Positions 11,867-24,773 are shown, numbered from the stretch's first letter. The stretch is DNA of 64,000 bases from Octopus sinensis (GCF_006345805.1 NC_043002.1:51584001-51648000), one strand, 5' to 3'. Numbers and translations: made by a program. Notes: generated by a model not told the origin, from the letters alone.

Positions 11867-12347
11867 TTATGTTTGACTTTTGCTTTATATTTGTACAAGT
11901 TGGCTCCAAGTCTCACCCAGAGACCTCAAGAGACAACAAGTTGGAAGATCATATTGGTGTTATGCCTAGGGTGCCATATATTTGGTTTTGTACTTAGTGT
12001 TGTAAAAGTGAATGTTTAAGAAACCATAAGAAAATTATGTTTGTTTTAAAACTTGAGATTACATAGTATTTTGTGTAGGATATGAGCAGTTCCCATGAGC
12101 ACTATCTTTTGAATTTCTGCCATTTTTAGGTTTCCTGGTATCTGAGCTAGGTTGCAATCAGCCCCTTTTGCTATCATTCCTTGGATACCTATGACAACAA
12201 ATATTGTTTTAATCTTCAGGTTCCGCATTTTGCTAATTTCTATTTCAAGATCTTTATATTTGTTTAGTTTTTGGTAGGTCTTGACAGATATGTTTATGTC
12301 GATTGGGACAGTCATATCAATAAGGAGGAATGATTTTTGTTTATGAA
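11867..12347 (-). mobile_element. RLE-endonuclease non-LTR retrotransposon 3' end (R4/Dong-like), in (TAA)n
   Basis: TVPID.NI..K..QKLNKYKDLEIEI.KM.....FVVIG..G.I..G....L..I.G....EIQK.VLMGTAHIL.KIL is the R4-type C-terminus. (ATT)n flanks both sides. Confidence 0.8.
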
Positions 12348-12384
12348 TTATTATTATTATTATTGCAGTATTTCACCTGTCACT

Positions 12385-12960
12385 ACATTATTATTATTGC
12401 GGTATTTCACCTGTCACTATGTTCTGAGTTCAGATTCCACCAAGGTTGACTTTGCCTTTCGGGGTCGATAAATACCAGTTAAACACTGGGGTTAATGTAA
12501 TCAACTACTCCCATCCCCCAAAATGTTAAGCTTTGTGCTTTAGTAGAAAGGATTATTATTTTTATTATTATTTTTGAAGGCAGTGAGCTGGCTGGACAAA
12601 ATGCTTAGCAGCATTTTGCTTGTTGCTACTTTCTGAGCTCAAATTCTGCTGAGGTTGACTTTGCCATTCATTCTTCAAGGGTCGATAAATTAAGTACCTG
12701 TGAAACATGGGGTCAATGTAATCAACTTGTCCCCTCCTCAAAAATTTCAAGACCTTGTGCCTTCAGTAGAAAGGATTATTACTATTATGGTATTTCACCC
12801 ATTGCTACGTTCTGAGTTAAGATTCTGCTGAGGTTGACTTTGCCTTCCATACTTTTGGGGTTGATAAATTAAAAACCAGTTAAACGCTGGGGACAATGTA
12901 ATTGACTAGTCCTATCCCCTCAAAATGGCTGCCCTTGTAGCAAAATTTGAAATCATTATT
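12385..12960 (+). mobile_element. SINE-B cluster
   Basis: Repeated GTTCTGAGTTCA.ATTC..C.AGGT.GACTTTGCC...GGGGTCGATAAAT cores. Confidence 0.8.
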
Positions 12961-13084
12961 ATTATTCTAGCACAATGGGAAAAATGCTTAGTGGCATTTC
13001 ATGTGTACTAGGGTCGATGTAATTGACTTACCCTCTCTCCTGGTTGCTGGCCTAGTATCAAAATTTGAAAACCAGTATTAAACA

Positions 13085-13480
13085 AATATTCTTTTCTACT
13101 CTAGGCATAAAGCCTGAAATTTTGGGGGAGGTTGGGGGGACAGTCGATTAGATTGACCGCTGTGCGCAACTAGTACTTAATTTATTGATCCCGAAACAAT
13201 GAAAAGCAAAGTCAACCTCATCAGAATTTGAACTCAGAACTTAACGACAGATGAAATACCTATTTCTTTACTACCTACAAGGGGCTAAACACAGAAGGGA
13301 CAAACGGATTGAGTCAATTATATCGACTCCAGTGCGTAACTGGTACTTATTTAATCGACCCCGAAAGGATGAAAGGCAAAGTCGACCTCGGCGGAATTTG
13401 AACTCAGAACGTAACGGCAGAGGAAATATTGCTAAGCATTTCGCCCGGCGTGCTAACGATTCTGCCAGCTCGCTGCCTTA
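13085..13480 (-). mobile_element. SINE-B with internally duplicated core
   Basis: Head, core, tail 1, AAAGAAATAGGTATTTC junction, second core, tail 2. Confidence 0.85.
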
Positions 13481-13689
13481 ATATTAAACAAATATTGGTT
13501 TCCTTTGACTAGGCTCAATATATATATATGTATATATTTTTCTTTTTGCTAATGGGGAGGAAAAAGAGGAATTGATTAAGAAAACATCAATATATGATTA
13601 GTAATTAATTTATCAAATTTAATGTCTGTCATTGAAATTTAGTGGCATTATGAAGGGTTACTTATGCTTTTAAAGATTTATTTCAGTGT

Positions 13690-14835
13690 CATCATCATCG
13701 TTTAACGTCCGTTCTCCATGCTAGCATGGGTTGGACGGTTCGACCGGGGATCTGGGAAGCCAGAAGGCTGCACCAGGCTCCAGTCTTATCTGGCAATGTT
13801 TCTACGGCTGGATGCCCTTCCTGACGCCAACCACTCCGTGAGTGTAGTGGGTGCTTTTTACGTGCCACCTGCACTGGTGCCAGGCGAGGCTGGCAATGGC
13901 CACGGTCGGATTGGTGCATTTTACGTGCCACCGGCACGGAAGCCAATCGAGGCAGCACTGGCATCGGCCACGATTCGGATTGTGCTTTTTACGTGCCACC
14001 GGCACGGAAGCCAGTCGAGGCGGCGCTGGCATCAGCCACGATTCGGATAGTGCTTTTTACGTACCACCAGTCCAGGGGTCCTGGCATCTGCCGGGTGCCA
14101 GTCATAGGATTGGTTCAATTTCGATTCCGATTTCGATTTCGACTTCACTTGCCCCAACAGGTCTTCGCAAGCAAAGGGGGGTTGGCATGGGTGCCTGTCG
14201 TCGGATGAGGTTCGATATCGACTTCGCTTGCCTCAACAGGTCTTTGTGTGTCCAAGGGAGGAAAGGCATGCATAAGTGCGCTGGACTCACTTGTCCTGCC
14301 TGGTTTTCTCACGCACAGTATATTTCCAAAGGTCTCGGTCGCTGGTCATTTCCTCAGTGAGGCCTAAAGTTCGAAGGTCGTGCTTCACCACCTCGTCCCA
14401 GGTTTTCCTGGGTCTACCTCTTCCATGGGTTCCCTCAACTGCTAGGGATTGGCACTTTTTCACACACCTATCTTCATCCATTCTCGCCACATGACCATAC
14501 CAGCGCAATCGTCTCTCTTGCACACCACAACTGATGCTTCTTAGGTCCAACATTTCTCTCAAGGTACTAACGCTCTGTCGAGTATGCACACTGACATTAC
14601 ACATCCATCGGAGCATACTGGCTTCATTCCTTGCGAGCTTACGCATGTCCTCAGCAGTCACGGCCCATGTTTCACTGCCATGTAGCATGGCTGTTCGTAC
14701 ACATGCATCATACAGTCTGCCTTTTACTCTGAGCGAGAGGCCTTTAGTCACCAGCAGAGGTAAGAGCTCCCTAAACTTTGCCCAGGCTATTCTTACTCTA
14801 GCAGTTACACTTTCAACGCACCCACCCCCACTACT
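13690..14835 (-). mobile_element. 5'-truncated RTE LINE: RT C-terminus, 3' UTR with ~60-bp tandem repeats, (GAT)n tail
   Basis: ORF 14287-14853: ARVRIAWAKFREL...KGRLYDACVRTAMLHGSETWA...LRWYGHVARM...RGRGRPRKTW. UTR repeats GTGCTTTTTACGTGCCACC at 13855-14065. Confidence 0.93.
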
Positions 14836-15027
14836 GGGTGGGTGGTAATACAAATTTTAAATATCTGCAGACATTGAATTGAAAGACAATTGAGTGTGTG
14901 TATGTATGCATACCTACCTGTCTATCTATTTAGCTGTGTCTATGCGAATATATATATATATGTGTGCATGCATGTATATATAATCTAAAATAACGTATCA
15001 TATTCCCTGTAATTTTATTTTTATCAG

Positions 15028-15125
15028 ATCATCTTTGCTTCTTCAATTAACAAAGATCCACTCTATTTCATATATAGGCGACTGTCTTGGATTTCTTATA
15101 TTGTATACTAAATTGTGTATCTATT
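15028..15125 (+). CDS. Candidate exon (frame and donor ambiguous)
   Basis: ttttatttttatcag acceptor. gtaagg donor at 15126 (phase 2 to 1), or gtatac at 15103 (phase 0 to 0). Could be chance. Confidence 0.3.
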
Positions 15126-15644
15126 GTAAGGGTTTAATTTCAACTGAACAAAATAATTGTAAAAGATCAAGTGCCAGAAGATAAAGGGCACACACCCATG
15201 TATAAAACGTATGATGTGCTATTGACCACTGTAGTGTTGAATTTACTTTTGTAATATAATATAATATTGAAATAAGGTATGGCAATCAGTGGTGATAAAG
15301 AAGACAATGAAGTTATCTTATAGGTGAATTGGTCACAGCTATTTGCCATAATACTAAGATATATTGCTTATCTTTGTAAAAAGAGAAAGTCAAATGTTCT
15401 TTCTAAAACTGTCTCTCGTTACATTTAATTTCACCTTCAAGTATAGAGTTTACAGTAGAATAATATTTAAGTCCATAATCAGCTGAAGTGTAGAAGTACT
15501 TTTTGAAAATGTTTATCCTCTCTAATGTATTCTGAATAAATCAGACAAGTATCAGTCCATCCCACTCCGAGTTATAATCAGGGATTCTTAAAACTCTGTA
15601 GACTAAACAAAATACGAAATAAATACGTAGAATTATCTGTTATC

Positions 15645-15836
15645 TTCTACTTGTTTCAGTCATTAGTCTGTGGCCATGCTGAGGCACAACTTTGGAGAAT
15701 TTTAGTTGAATGAATCAATGCCTGTACTTTTTTGAAGCCTGGCGCTTATTCTATCAGTTTCTGCTGAACCATTATGGGGTCATAAACACATCGACATAAG
15801 TTGTTAAGTGGTGGCGGGGGAGATAGAGACACACAA

Positions 15837-15883
<47 letters not shown>

Positions 15884-16470
15884 ATGAGCTTCTTTCAGTT
15901 TCCATCTACCAAATCCACTCACAAGGTTTTGATTAGCTTGAAGCTATAGTAGAAGACACTTGACCAAGGTGCCACATAGTGGGACTAAAATCGGAACTGT
16001 GTGATTGGGAAGCAAGCTTCTTACCACACAGCCATGCCTGCACCTATATCCATAAGCATCTAGTCTTGCTGTGAAGTCTTCATCACACAGTGATGACTGT
16101 GGTCATGCTAGGGCAACACCTTGAAGGGTTTTAGTAAAACAAATCAATCCCAGGACTTACGTATTTTAATATCTTGTACTTATCGGTCTCTTTTGCTGAA
16201 CTGCTACATTATGGGGATATAAACACACCAACACCAGTTGTCAAGTAGTAGGAAGGGGGACATGCACAAGCACATTGATACACACACACGCACAAGTATA
16301 TATAAATATATATGCACATACGATGGGATTCTTTCTGTTTTCTACTAAATCCACTCATAAGGTTTTGGTCACCCGAGGCTATAGTGGAAGACATGCTGCA
16401 GGAGTGAACCAGGGACCATGTGGTTGGGAAGCAAGCTTTTACCACACAGTCACGCCCGTGCTTATATATA
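15645..16470 (-). mobile_element. Two SINE-A copies
   Basis: Family A tail-to-head motifs at ~15645-16050 and ~16085-16470. Confidence 0.8.
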
Positions 16471-16500
16471 TATAGTGTGTGTGTATGTGATGTATGTATG

Positions 16501-16704
16501 CGAGTGTTATGAAAAGTTCCTGACTTAGAATAAAAGAAAACACAGTAGGATCATGATTTTAATTAACATATTCCCCACTCAGATTCACACACTTATTGCG
16601 GCGGTTCTTCACTTTCCAAAGCCCTAAAAGAACTCTGAAAGTTGGGCCTCCAACCAGGCCTTTCGTGATACCCTTAAAGCCAAGAACTTTTCAACGCCCT
16701 CTCG
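16501..16704. mobile_element. mariner-type MITE
   Basis: TIRs CGAGTGTTATGAAAAGTTCCTGACTT / CGAGAGGGCGTTGAAAAGTTCTTGGCTT(rc), with TG/TA flanks. Confidence 0.7.
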
Positions 16705-16789
16705 TATAAACAAGCACACAGACATGTCTGTAACTTTGTCTTGATGTCATGTGCTGGTTGCAAATGAGCATCACCGCCATTGGAAAATG

Positions 16790-17050
16790 TAAGGCTATGG
16801 GCACGTAAAATGCACCAATCCGATCATGGCCGATGCCAGCCTCGCCTGGCACCAGTGCAGGTGGCACGTAAAAAGCACCCACTACACTCACAGAGTGGTT
16901 GGCGTTAGGAAGGGCATCCAGCTGTAGAAACATTGCCAGATAAGACCGGAGCCTGGTGCAGCCTTCTGGCTTCCCAGATCCCCGGTCGAACCGTCCAACC
17001 CATGCTAGCATGGAGAACGGACGTTAAACGATGATGATGATGATGATGAT
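16790..17050 (+). mobile_element. RTE 3' UTR copy with (GAT)n tail
   Basis: Near-identical to the reverse complement of 13690-13930. Confidence 0.9.
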
Positions 17051-17795
17051 GGGGAAATATTAACTTGTTTGGAAACTGGTGAAATTTGGAGACAAAATGT
17101 GCAAGAAGGGCATCAGCTGGCTGTTGTAAACCTGCCTCAACAAATTCCATCAAAGCTATGTTTAAGCATGGAAAAGTGGACATTAAACGATGATGATCAT
17201 CATCATCGTCATCCTTTTCTGTATCGTCAACGAGAGATTCAAAGAGTTTGTGTGCCTACAGAAAACCTGTTTTATTCAGAAATAATCATTATATTTTGAT
17301 TATTGATTAGTTAAATAATTATTGAAGCGCACTACAACGATATGAAGTTCAACTGCAGAACGACTTATTTATAGATTGTTATTTATAGTATAACAAATAT
17401 TTTGTATCGATGTTTTTCACGAAAGACATCAAAAGTCGCATGCCGCCTTTTATGTTGCATTTTCTCGGAAAAATGATACAGCTTCTAAGTAAATTTTTAT
17501 GCACTGGAAACTGGAGTTTGTTATCTGTACATTGGTATCATGATGATACTGTCGGCTTTACGTTCACTTTACTTTGCTTGCCTGGATCAGATAGAGCTCC
17601 TTGAATAAGATTTTCTGTGGCGAGTTGCTAACCCTCATCTGTTTCCAAGTAAGATCATATTTTCCCACCTCATCATTGTACATGTTATCATGGAAGACCG
17701 GAAACGAGTGACATGGTTTATATGACTGTGAAAGTCGTTTATAACTATCATATGACGTCAAGACAAGGAAACACGGATACTCATGCGCGCGCGCG

Positions 17796-17860
<65 letters not shown>

Positions 17861-18691
17861 ACACACACACACACACACACAGACGATGGGCTTGGTTCGG
17901 TTACCGTCTTCGAAACCTACTTACATCGTTTTGATTGGCCTAGGAGTTTAGCAGAAGACACTTGTCCGAGGTGTTAGATAATATTGCTGAACTCGAAACC
18001 AATGGTTGAAAAGTTCACTTTTCGACCATGCAGTTATGCCTGACCTTATAACGATAATAATAATAACAATAATAAGAAGGGAAATTGCCTCTGTTTTAGG
18101 CACAAGGCCAGTAATTTTGAAGAGTGGGGTTTGTTTGTACTATGGACACCAGTACTAACTAGAGTGGGTATTATTTTAATTGAAACCAACTGTAGCATCG
18201 TGTTTGACCTATTTTGCATTTAATCGATAGTAATGAAAATAACATTAGGCACAAGGCCAACAATTTTTAAGGGAGGGTTTTAGTCAACAACTCGCACCCC
18301 CAGTACTTGGTGATAGTTTATATTATCAACCTGAAAGGATAAAAGGCAAAAGTGTCCGTCGCAGGATTTGCCCTCAGAACGTAATGAATCAGAATAATAT
18401 AGAACATGATAAAAACTGTAAAATCCCAATCATCTACATGTATTTCGATCCCATCTCGATCTCATCAGTGTGTGATACCGAATTGAATTAATGTATTATA
18501 GAATAGATCTTCCGCCAACTCTGTATGTTACGATGAATGAACTTTAGGTTAGCTAAAATATGTTTGCGACATATTTGAACTTCTAAAAGCAAATTCACTA
18601 CAGTTACTGTAAAGAAAAATCTGTCTTATGGTAAAAGGTGTAAAAGCACGATATGATGAATATAAATGTTAAATACACTGTATATCCACAG

Positions 18692-18766
18692 ACAACGAAA
18701 GAAACAGTCGTACGTACAGCACATTCCAATTATATTTGGAGTTTCCTCACCAACTGTACATTCCCC
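18692..18766 (+). CDS. Candidate 75-nt exon
   Basis: tatatccacag acceptor, gtaact donor, unique sequence. All three frames are open, so the frame cannot be fixed. Confidence 0.2.
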
Positions 18767-18852
18767 GTAACTATCCACGAACACCCTTCTTATAAACCCA
18801 TTCATAATTAGTGGCTAAAGTAAACTGAGTAGGCCAATTAGCATACTTTTAG

Positions 18853-19100
18853 TGTGGAGGCGCGTGGCTTAGTGGTTAGGGTGTTGAACTCATGATCGTA
18901 AGGTTGTGGTTTCGATTCCTGGACCGGGCGATGCGTTGTGTTCTTGAGCAAAACACTTAATTTTCACGTTGCTCCAGTCCACTCAGCTGGCAAAAATGAG
19001 TATTTCTGCGACGGACCGGTGTCCCGTCCAGGTGGGGAATTTCAAAGCCACTGAAACCGGGAAACCGGCCTTTATGAGCCTGACATGGCTCGAGAAGGAG
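18853..19100 (+). mobile_element. SINE family C, intact head and core
   Basis: GGAGGCGCGTGGCTTAGTGGTTAGGG (A box), GGTTTCGATTCC (B box), then GCGTTGTGTTCTTGAGCAAAACACTT...CCACTCAGCTGGCAAAAATGAGTA. Confidence 0.85.
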
Positions 19101-19333
19101 CATACTTTTAGTAATCAAACTAGCTGCAAAGAATGCGTTAAATTTGTAAGTGGATCTATCCAGTATTGTTTGGCCACCAAATATCATTGGTTTTATAATA
19201 GATTTTTGGAACACTTGAGTGTTCATACCGTTTTCTGATAGTTTACTTCGAATTTCAGTATTAAGAGAACAACGAAGTCATGCTAGATCTTTTACACTGA
19301 CTTCTCAAAAGTTTCATGGCACTAGAAGAATGT

Positions 19334-19559
19334 AAGGCGGCGAGCTGGCAGAAACGTTAGCACGCAGGGCGAAATGCTTAGCGGTATTTCGTCTGCCGCT
19401 ACGTTCTGAGTTCAAATTCCGCCGAGGTCGACTCTGCCTTTCATCCTTTCGGGGTCGATTAAATAAGTACCAGTTACGCACTGGGGTCGATATAATCGAC
19501 TTAATCCGTCTGTCTGTCCTCTCTGTGTTTAGCCCCTTGTGGGTAGTAAAGAAATAAGT
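19334..19559 (+). mobile_element. Young monomeric SINE-B with 13-bp TSD
   Basis: TSD ACTAGAAGA(A/G)TGT at 19321-19333 and 19560-19572. Confidence 0.92.
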
Positions 19560-20034
19560 ACTAGAAGAGTGTCCAGAGTGTTAGCAATAGAGGCAGTCTT
19601 TTAGAATTTATCAGGTGTCGTGTATTGAACTATTAATGAATAACAAATGCTGTACATTTGTTTAAATAATCAAAACCGTCAGTCACATGGCATGTATGAG
19701 TTTTATGTGAACTTGTCCGTTTTTTTTTTTCACTACATATTGCAATTAAAATGAACGGGGACACAGTTGATTCCATCCTCTCATTAGTAATTTATTGTGA
19801 ATACTATTTATTACATTTAATTACTATTAAATAGTTGTTTTGTGTTGTTAAAACACCTTGTTTTGCTGTCTTGCGGCAGTATTGTTAACGTTTTCCCTTT
19901 TGTGTGAAGGGGGAAACGCCGTAATTTTTGTCTCAACCTGGAATTTGAAAAGTTAAGTTTTTCAAACTCGACAACGTCTGAAGAGGAGTTAAGAACGATA
20001 AATTCTATTGACAAGAAAATGGAATGTAAGGACT

Positions 20035-20656
20035 GGATCTTTACCTTTTGACATACAGATTTAAAAAATATTTTTTTGTAACTAAACACTTTCAAACTTC
20101 GGACACTGGTAGAATGTTTTACTCTTAGCATTTTTGAGAAAAACTTATATTTACGAAGTAATTTCACGTTAAAGTAGGCCTATTTCGGTAATTTCAACCA
20201 ATCAATGACGTGTATTCAGCTGAATAAAATTACTTCCGTTGTTTGTCAACAACAAATATCGGCAGTGTATTTTTCGTTTGTCACTGTTATTTATGACATT
20301 GTTTGTGCGTTTATACTGGTTTTAGCTTTAAGGTTTTAGGGTTAGGGTTTTAGGGTTAGAGCTTTAGGGTTAGGGTTGTCATAAATAACAGTGACAAACG
20401 AAAAATACACCACCGGAAGTTCTTGTTGACAAACAACGGCAGTAATTTTATTCAGCTGGATACACGTCACTGATTGGTTGAAATTACCGAAATAGGCCTT
20501 TAACGTGAAATTACTTCGTAAATATAAGTTTTTCTCAAAAATGATAAGAATAAAACATGTTTTATATGACACATTCTACCAGTGTCCGAAGTTTGAAAGT
20601 GTTTAGTTACAAAAAATTATTTTTTGAATCTGTAGGTCAAAAGTGGAAATAGAACC
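20035..20656. mobile_element. Foldback MITE with ~270-bp arms and TTAGGG-rich loop (GGATC-ended family)
   Basis: Arms are reverse complements (e.g. AATTTCAACCAATCAATGACGTGTATTCAGCTG vs CAGCTGGATACACGTCACTGATTGGTTGAAATT). Loop contains TTAGGG repeats. TSD not preserved. Confidence 0.85.
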
Positions 20657-21354
20657 GCTGAGTGTGTTAGATATTAAGGCAGTATGATATATACAATATA
20701 ACTTTCATATTTTATGCTTCAGATTTAAAGCATTTTAGTAACGATTCAAAATTTTTAACCATCATATATTCTGGTACCGTCCACAGTGGAAATGAAATCA
20801 TGCGAGAGTTATTTCATTCTAAAAAATACATACAAATGAACATTAATAACATGGCAAATTCAAAAATGTCCAGCAACGGATAAGAAATTTGAATTCATTA
20901 TTGCCAATGACAAATCTTATTAGTGTATCATATAAAAAAAAAATCTTAACAATAACTATGGTAGTTGCAGAATGTCTCGTTGGTTGGCTAGAGTACATGA
21001 AATCATACCTTCGGTCCGAAAAAGGCGACGTTAGCATGTTATATTGTCTGCACGACATTGGAAGATAATCGGCTAATGTGGTGAATTTAAGTGGTAGATA
21101 ACTTAGCGGGAATAATGCAAGATGAAAACGGTAGTTCCGTATTGCATCTTTGTAAACTGTAAAATAATTACACAGCACACTTTTAAATATAATAAACATT
21201 CTGGAATAAAAAAAAATTGAATAAATTTAAAATTATCTATTGCTTGAATGGGGACTTTTTGTGCTAGCTCACCCAACTTTAGAACCTAGGTACACTTGTG
21301 CTTCCAGCCTCGGTGAGCATCTTCCACAAACGAGAAACGTTTATATGTATATAT

Positions 21355-21587
21355 AAACTTAGATAAACTTAGATATGTTTCGACCAAAGATTGGTCAAGG
21401 CCATGTCTAACTTAATAGCACCTCCTTATAAATATATATATATATAATATATATATATATATTTATATATAAACTTAGATAAACTTAGATGTGTTTCGAC
21501 CAAAGATTGGTCCAGGCCATGTCTAACTTAATAGCACCACCTGATAGGATTATTTGAATCCTGTTTAAGTCAAGTTTTGTTTATGGT
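21355..21587 (-). mobile_element. Two short 3' ends of CR1-group LINE family B
   Basis: 21355-21425 and 21471-21587 match 22814-22935, including the (ATCTAAGTTT)n tail. Confidence 0.85.
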
Positions 21588-22410
21588 TCCTGGTATTTTG
21601 TTCTGACACTATTGTGCATATCCTTCTTGCAAGGTTGAAGGGGATGTTTGTTTTAGTGTGTCTTGGGTGGCATGAATTAAAAAGAAGGTATTGTTTGGCG
21701 TCTGTGGCTTTGTAAAAAATGTCTGTTTCTATTTTAAGGTTAATTTTTTTAATTAGTATATCCAAGAATGGGAGCTCCTTGTGGTTGTATTCCATTGTGA
21801 ACTGTATATTTGGGTTTATGCTGTTCAATAGGTTTTTAAATTGTAGGAGTTTATCTGTGTTTTCATTCCAGAGTATAAAACAATCGTCCAGGAATCGTTT
21901 CCAATTCTCTTTTATGTATTGAGAGAGGGGGTTTCCAAAGATTGATAAAGATTCCTGGTAAATGATTATTTCCAGGTAGCCCATTGTTAGATTCGCAATG
22001 ATTGGTGCTGCCCTTGTACCCATAGCAATTCCGGATTTTTGACGGTAAAATGTATTGTCAAACATGAAGTGGTTATTATGTAGGATGAATTCAATTGATT
22101 TAGTAATGAATTCTTTACTGATCCTTTTTGGTATTTCTTCCGGAAATTGGTCCAGCCAGAACTGTATTGCCTCTAGTCCATAATTATGAGGTATACTGGT
22201 ATACAAGTTAACTACATCAAATGAAACCAGGATTGTTTCTTCCTTGGCTTTTTTTGGGAGGTGGTTTAGCATATCTAAGTCATCTCTGATATGGCTATCG
22301 ATATGTTTAAGGAAGGGTTTCAGGAGGATGTCCATAAATAGACTTAGTCTGTGTGTTTCACAGGTTGGGCCAGCTACAATGGGTCGTAGTTTTAGGTTCC
22401 CCGGGTTAGG
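21588..22410 (-). mobile_element. Penelope-like RT fragment, open frame
   Basis: LKLRPIVAGP..T.RLS..MD..LKP; SFDVVNLYTSIP; QKSGIAMGT; RFLDDCF; LPFLDILI; YL.FNSCHP..TK.NIPFNLARRI. Confidence 0.93.
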
Positions 22411-22798
22411 TGTGTGTATGTGGCACTTGGTGAAGAATGGAGTTTGATATAGCTACTCTCATTTACACCTCTTGCCGTGAGGTAGGTTCATCTGGGACTC
22501 TTGACAGGAAGATGTCCAGCTTTGATTTAAAAACCGCTACATCTACTTTGTGCAAGTTCCTCGGACTCTTTGGGAGAATATTAAAAAGCTGTGGGCCCTT
22601 GAAACCCAGACTGTTGCAGAAGCTGGTCCTGAAGCGTGATGGCATTGCTGGGATATTTGGCACTATGCAGTGTCGTCCCGTTCTAGCATTGGTGTAGCTT
22701 ATAATGCCAAAATTTGGCACAATTGTTTCCAGGATCTTCCAGATATATATTACTGCATACCTCTCCCGTCTTCTCTCCAGGGAGTAGAGTCTTAGCTT
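22411..22798 (-). mobile_element. CR1-group LINE family A, 3' coding fragment
   Basis: LYSLERRRERYA...PNFGIISYTNARTGRHC...FKGPQLFNILP...PDEPTSRQEV. Same family as 29854-30545. Confidence 0.9.
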
Positions 22799-22813
22799 AG
22801 TTTATACATATAT

Positions 22814-23372
22814 AAACTTATATAAACTTAGATATGTTTCGACCAATGATTGGTCCAGGCCATGTTTAAGTTAATAGCACCACCTGATAGGATTATTTGA
22901 ATCCTGTTTAAATCAAGTTTTGTTTATGGTCCATTCAAGTAGTAAGTTTTTGTTGGGTGAGTTGTATCCAATTATGGGTGGCTTATCTGGTATTCCTTGA
23001 GGGAATCTATCCAGACTTCGTTTAAAGTTGATGGGATCCTTTTCCTCTTTGATCTCTTTCGGGACAATGTTAAATAGGGCAGGGCCTGTTGATGAAAAGA
23101 AATTATGTTGTAGTGTATAAGTATGCTGTGATCTTGAATTGGGCAGGGGACGTATGGCCCGTGGTCCCAGTCTTGGATGAACCTTGAAGCTTATGTTCAG
23201 GTCGTTTGGGCAAAGTTGGCGGTATATTCTCCACATCGTACAAATGATGTACCGCTCACGGCGACGCTGGAGAGAGTAGAGTTTCAAGGCTTTAAGACGA
23301 TCCCAATAATCGAGAGCAGCCATGCCTTCAATTCGTTTAGTGAGTGCTCTCTGGGGTGATTCAATCCTCGAG
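22814..23372 (-). mobile_element. CR1-group LINE family B, 3' part with UTR and tail
   Basis: YWDRLKALKLYSLQRRRERY...GPALFNIVP...FKRSLDRF..IPDKP. UTR hairpin GACCAATCATTGGTC. Confidence 0.9.
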
Positions 23373-23374
23373 AT

Positions 23375-23416
<42 letters not shown>

Positions 23417-23831
23417 CTATCAATGTAAATGATAGTTCACTGTAAAACAAGACACCGATAAGAGAAGAGTGTAGATTGTTCAGTAAGTCGATAAATCTTA
23501 ATGAAAGGATATAAAAGCGATTGAATTAAGGGATAACGAAAATTGAGATAGAATTGTGGTCACTGTTTAAAAAAATTATAACAATGCTGATACTTTAAGA
23601 AGTTTAAGATTACGTATTAACACTTTTGAAGAGTTTTGAAATTTAATACACCCCAGTTTCTGTTTTACCAAAGTAATTTTATATACCTTTGTTTTGTTTT
23701 ATATATTTTTGCATATTAGGAGTAGTTTACAAAAATCAAGTTGCCAAAGATTCAATCTAAAGCGCAACTACATGCATGGAAATGTGAGCGTGCCTACATT
23801 TGTATGTTTGTGTTAAAGGAAGGTATATACT

Positions 23832-24090
23832 AGTGGTTTTCAACAGGGGTCCATATGGCTCTTGGGGATCCATATGGCCCTTGGGAACTCATATGGCCCT
23901 TGGAGGTCCTTATAAAATTTTATTGTTAAATTTTGTGAGCAATAAATTGCGTTATGCTTCTACAACGCACAAAGTATTTAATTTTTTTAATATAATTCCG
24001 AATAATATTTAATTATAAAAATACAGTAAGATGTTTCTTTTTATATACACCAAATGACTATGGAGGTCCAGTGGAGTAAAATAGGAATCA
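23832..24090. mobile_element. Probable truncated hAT-like MITE with ~19-bp tandem repeats
   Basis: Starts TAGTGGTTTTCAAC; three CATATGGC(C/T)CTTGG units follow. Second TIR not found. Confidence 0.45.
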
Positions 24091-24719
24091 AAGGAGTAAA
24101 GAGGTGGGGTTTAATTATTAGGCATCCTGGTTAATGATCTGTTTTATTTTTGATACCATAATTATTTTACTAAGTTTCTTTAAATGTTCTATGCATTAAT
24201 GTTAAAACGAAATTAACTATTGTTTTTCATACAGACAAAGTTTTTGAGTATTTCCCTTTATTCGTCAATTCATTCTCTTTTATTATGTACAACATATACG
24301 TTTAGTTAATAATTCATTACTACTGTGGTAGTACAGCGGAGTCTATGACTAGAAAACGAGGTCAGATAAAGAAATATGTCTGAGATTGTTCCCCCTACTT
24401 GCAAAAAAAAAATGAAAATATATTTATCATTGACTAATATTAAGATTTAAAAACTTTTCATCACGGTATTATACTTTTCTTGTTAGCTTTTGTATGTTCT
24501 CTATATTAAATATAGTATCATTAATTTAACTATCGTCGTATTCACTGTACAAATGATTCTGGCTAGTTTTTCTTTGTGTGCGTGTTCCGCATTAAATATG
24601 TTGACACTATTTCACTTTATTTATTTCTTGTTGTTTCCTAATTATACGCTTCTAGATTATCATTTGCATCTTGTCTGTAACTTATTTCGTGAAAAGTGAC
24701 TCATACACTTATGATCGAG

Positions 24720-24773
<54 letters not shown>

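Noticed and set aside
21375-21400. GACCAA-loop-TTGGTC-GAAAC as a hammerhead
   Set aside because: No CUGANGA upstream. It is the CR1-B 3' UTR stem-loop.
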